A stretch of 64,000 bases of DNA, from NCBI GenBank assembly GCA_963776245.1, contig CAVZLN010000006.1, forward strand, positions 128,001 through 192,000, given 5' to 3'. The position numbers were made by a program, and so were the translations under genes. Source of the DNA: Candidatus Eiseniibacteriota bacterium (GTDB lineage Bacteria > Eisenbacteria > RBG-16-71-46). Each line of letters opens with the position of its first letter. Position 1 is the stretch's first letter. Positions 63,491 through 64,000 of the stretch are shown piece after piece. Under the pieces are notes generated by a model. That model was not told the origin of the DNA and did no database searches. It saw nothing but the letters and a program-made list of their open reading frames with translations.

Positions 63491-64000
63491 TCAGCTCGCC
63501 GGAATGATGACGACCTTGCCTTCGGCGTGTCCCTCGCCAAAGTACGAGATGGCGTCACCCGCATGGCTCAGCGGGTACGTCCGACCGACGACCGGCTTCA
63601 GCTTGCCGGATTCGATGAGTCCCTTCAGGACGATCAGATCGGCGCGCTCCGGGCGTTCCGAGCACACGCGGATCCGCTGCGGCACGAACAGCGAGAGCAG
63701 CGGCGCCTGGATCAGGAGGACGCCGGTGCTCGCGAACCATCGCTTGTAGAACTGACCGCCGTTGGGCACCAGCGTGCCGCTGCGATCGAGCGCACGAAGG
63801 AGCTCGGTCAGCGAGTGCCGCAGCACGTTGTCGAGGATGAGGTCGTAGCGTTCTGAGCCCCGGGTGAAGTCCTCACGCGTGTAGTCGATGACGTCGTCGG
63901 CGCCCAGCGAGCGGACCAGCTCCTGCTTCGAGGTGCTGCACACGCCGGTCACGTGCGCGCCGAAGGACTTCGCGATCTGGACGGCGAACGTCCCGATGCC
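63491..64000 (-). CDS. NAD(P)-dependent MDR-family dehydrogenase/quinone oxidoreductase, C-terminal part (truncated by the window edge)
   Basis: Motifs GIGTFAVQIAK.FGA.VTGVCS, LGAD.VIDY, YDLILD and GHA.GKVVI. Confidence 0.88.
   Translation of the reverse strand, partial: GIGTFAVQIAKSFGAHVTGVCSTSKQELVRSLGADDVIDYTREDFTRGSERYDLILDNVLRHSLTELLRALDRSGTLVPNGGQFYKRWFASTGVLLIQAPLLSLFVPQRIRVCSERPERADLIVLKGLIESGKLKPVVGRTYPLSHAGDAISYFGEGHAEGKVVIIPAS

Overview
This is a 64 kb, very GC-rich bacterial chromosome segment, mostly on the minus strand and mostly housekeeping. It carries a bacillithiol cluster (bshC-bshB1-bshA plus a DUF1611 gene), murJ/uppP, hsp20-dnaK, an orphan nuoI, dcd, a tol-pal operon with an Omp85 gene, tRNA-Leu(GAG)/secG, pfk-gap-pgk-tpi, and ftsK-rimO-bamD-nadD-polA-coaE-prfB-PMM. 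The organism is a diderm. The gene style (PorV, GWxTD, T9SS-like C-terminal domains, a 'SWGRLKSLYR' tail) suggests an FCB-group lineage such as Candidatus Eisenbacteria; this is inference only. The most notable element is an envelope cassette at 39.2-49.6 kb: a FadL/PorV-like barrel, a TonB-dependent receptor, a ~1000 aa secreted protein with a T9SS-type C-terminal domain, a dedicated PorV and a GWxTD protein. It looks like an uncharacterised SusC/D-analogous uptake or surface system without SusD. Two secreted beta-propeller genes beside tRNA-Leu have sigma-54-like promoters and different C-terminal sorting signals. Clusters of indels at about 11.0-11.7 kb, 18.35 kb and 50.4-52.8 kb look like sequencing errors, while the prfB CTT-TGA-C frameshift is the genuine programmed one. 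I saw no CRISPR array, rRNA, transposase or integrase. All calls come from reading motifs by eye; no searches were run.
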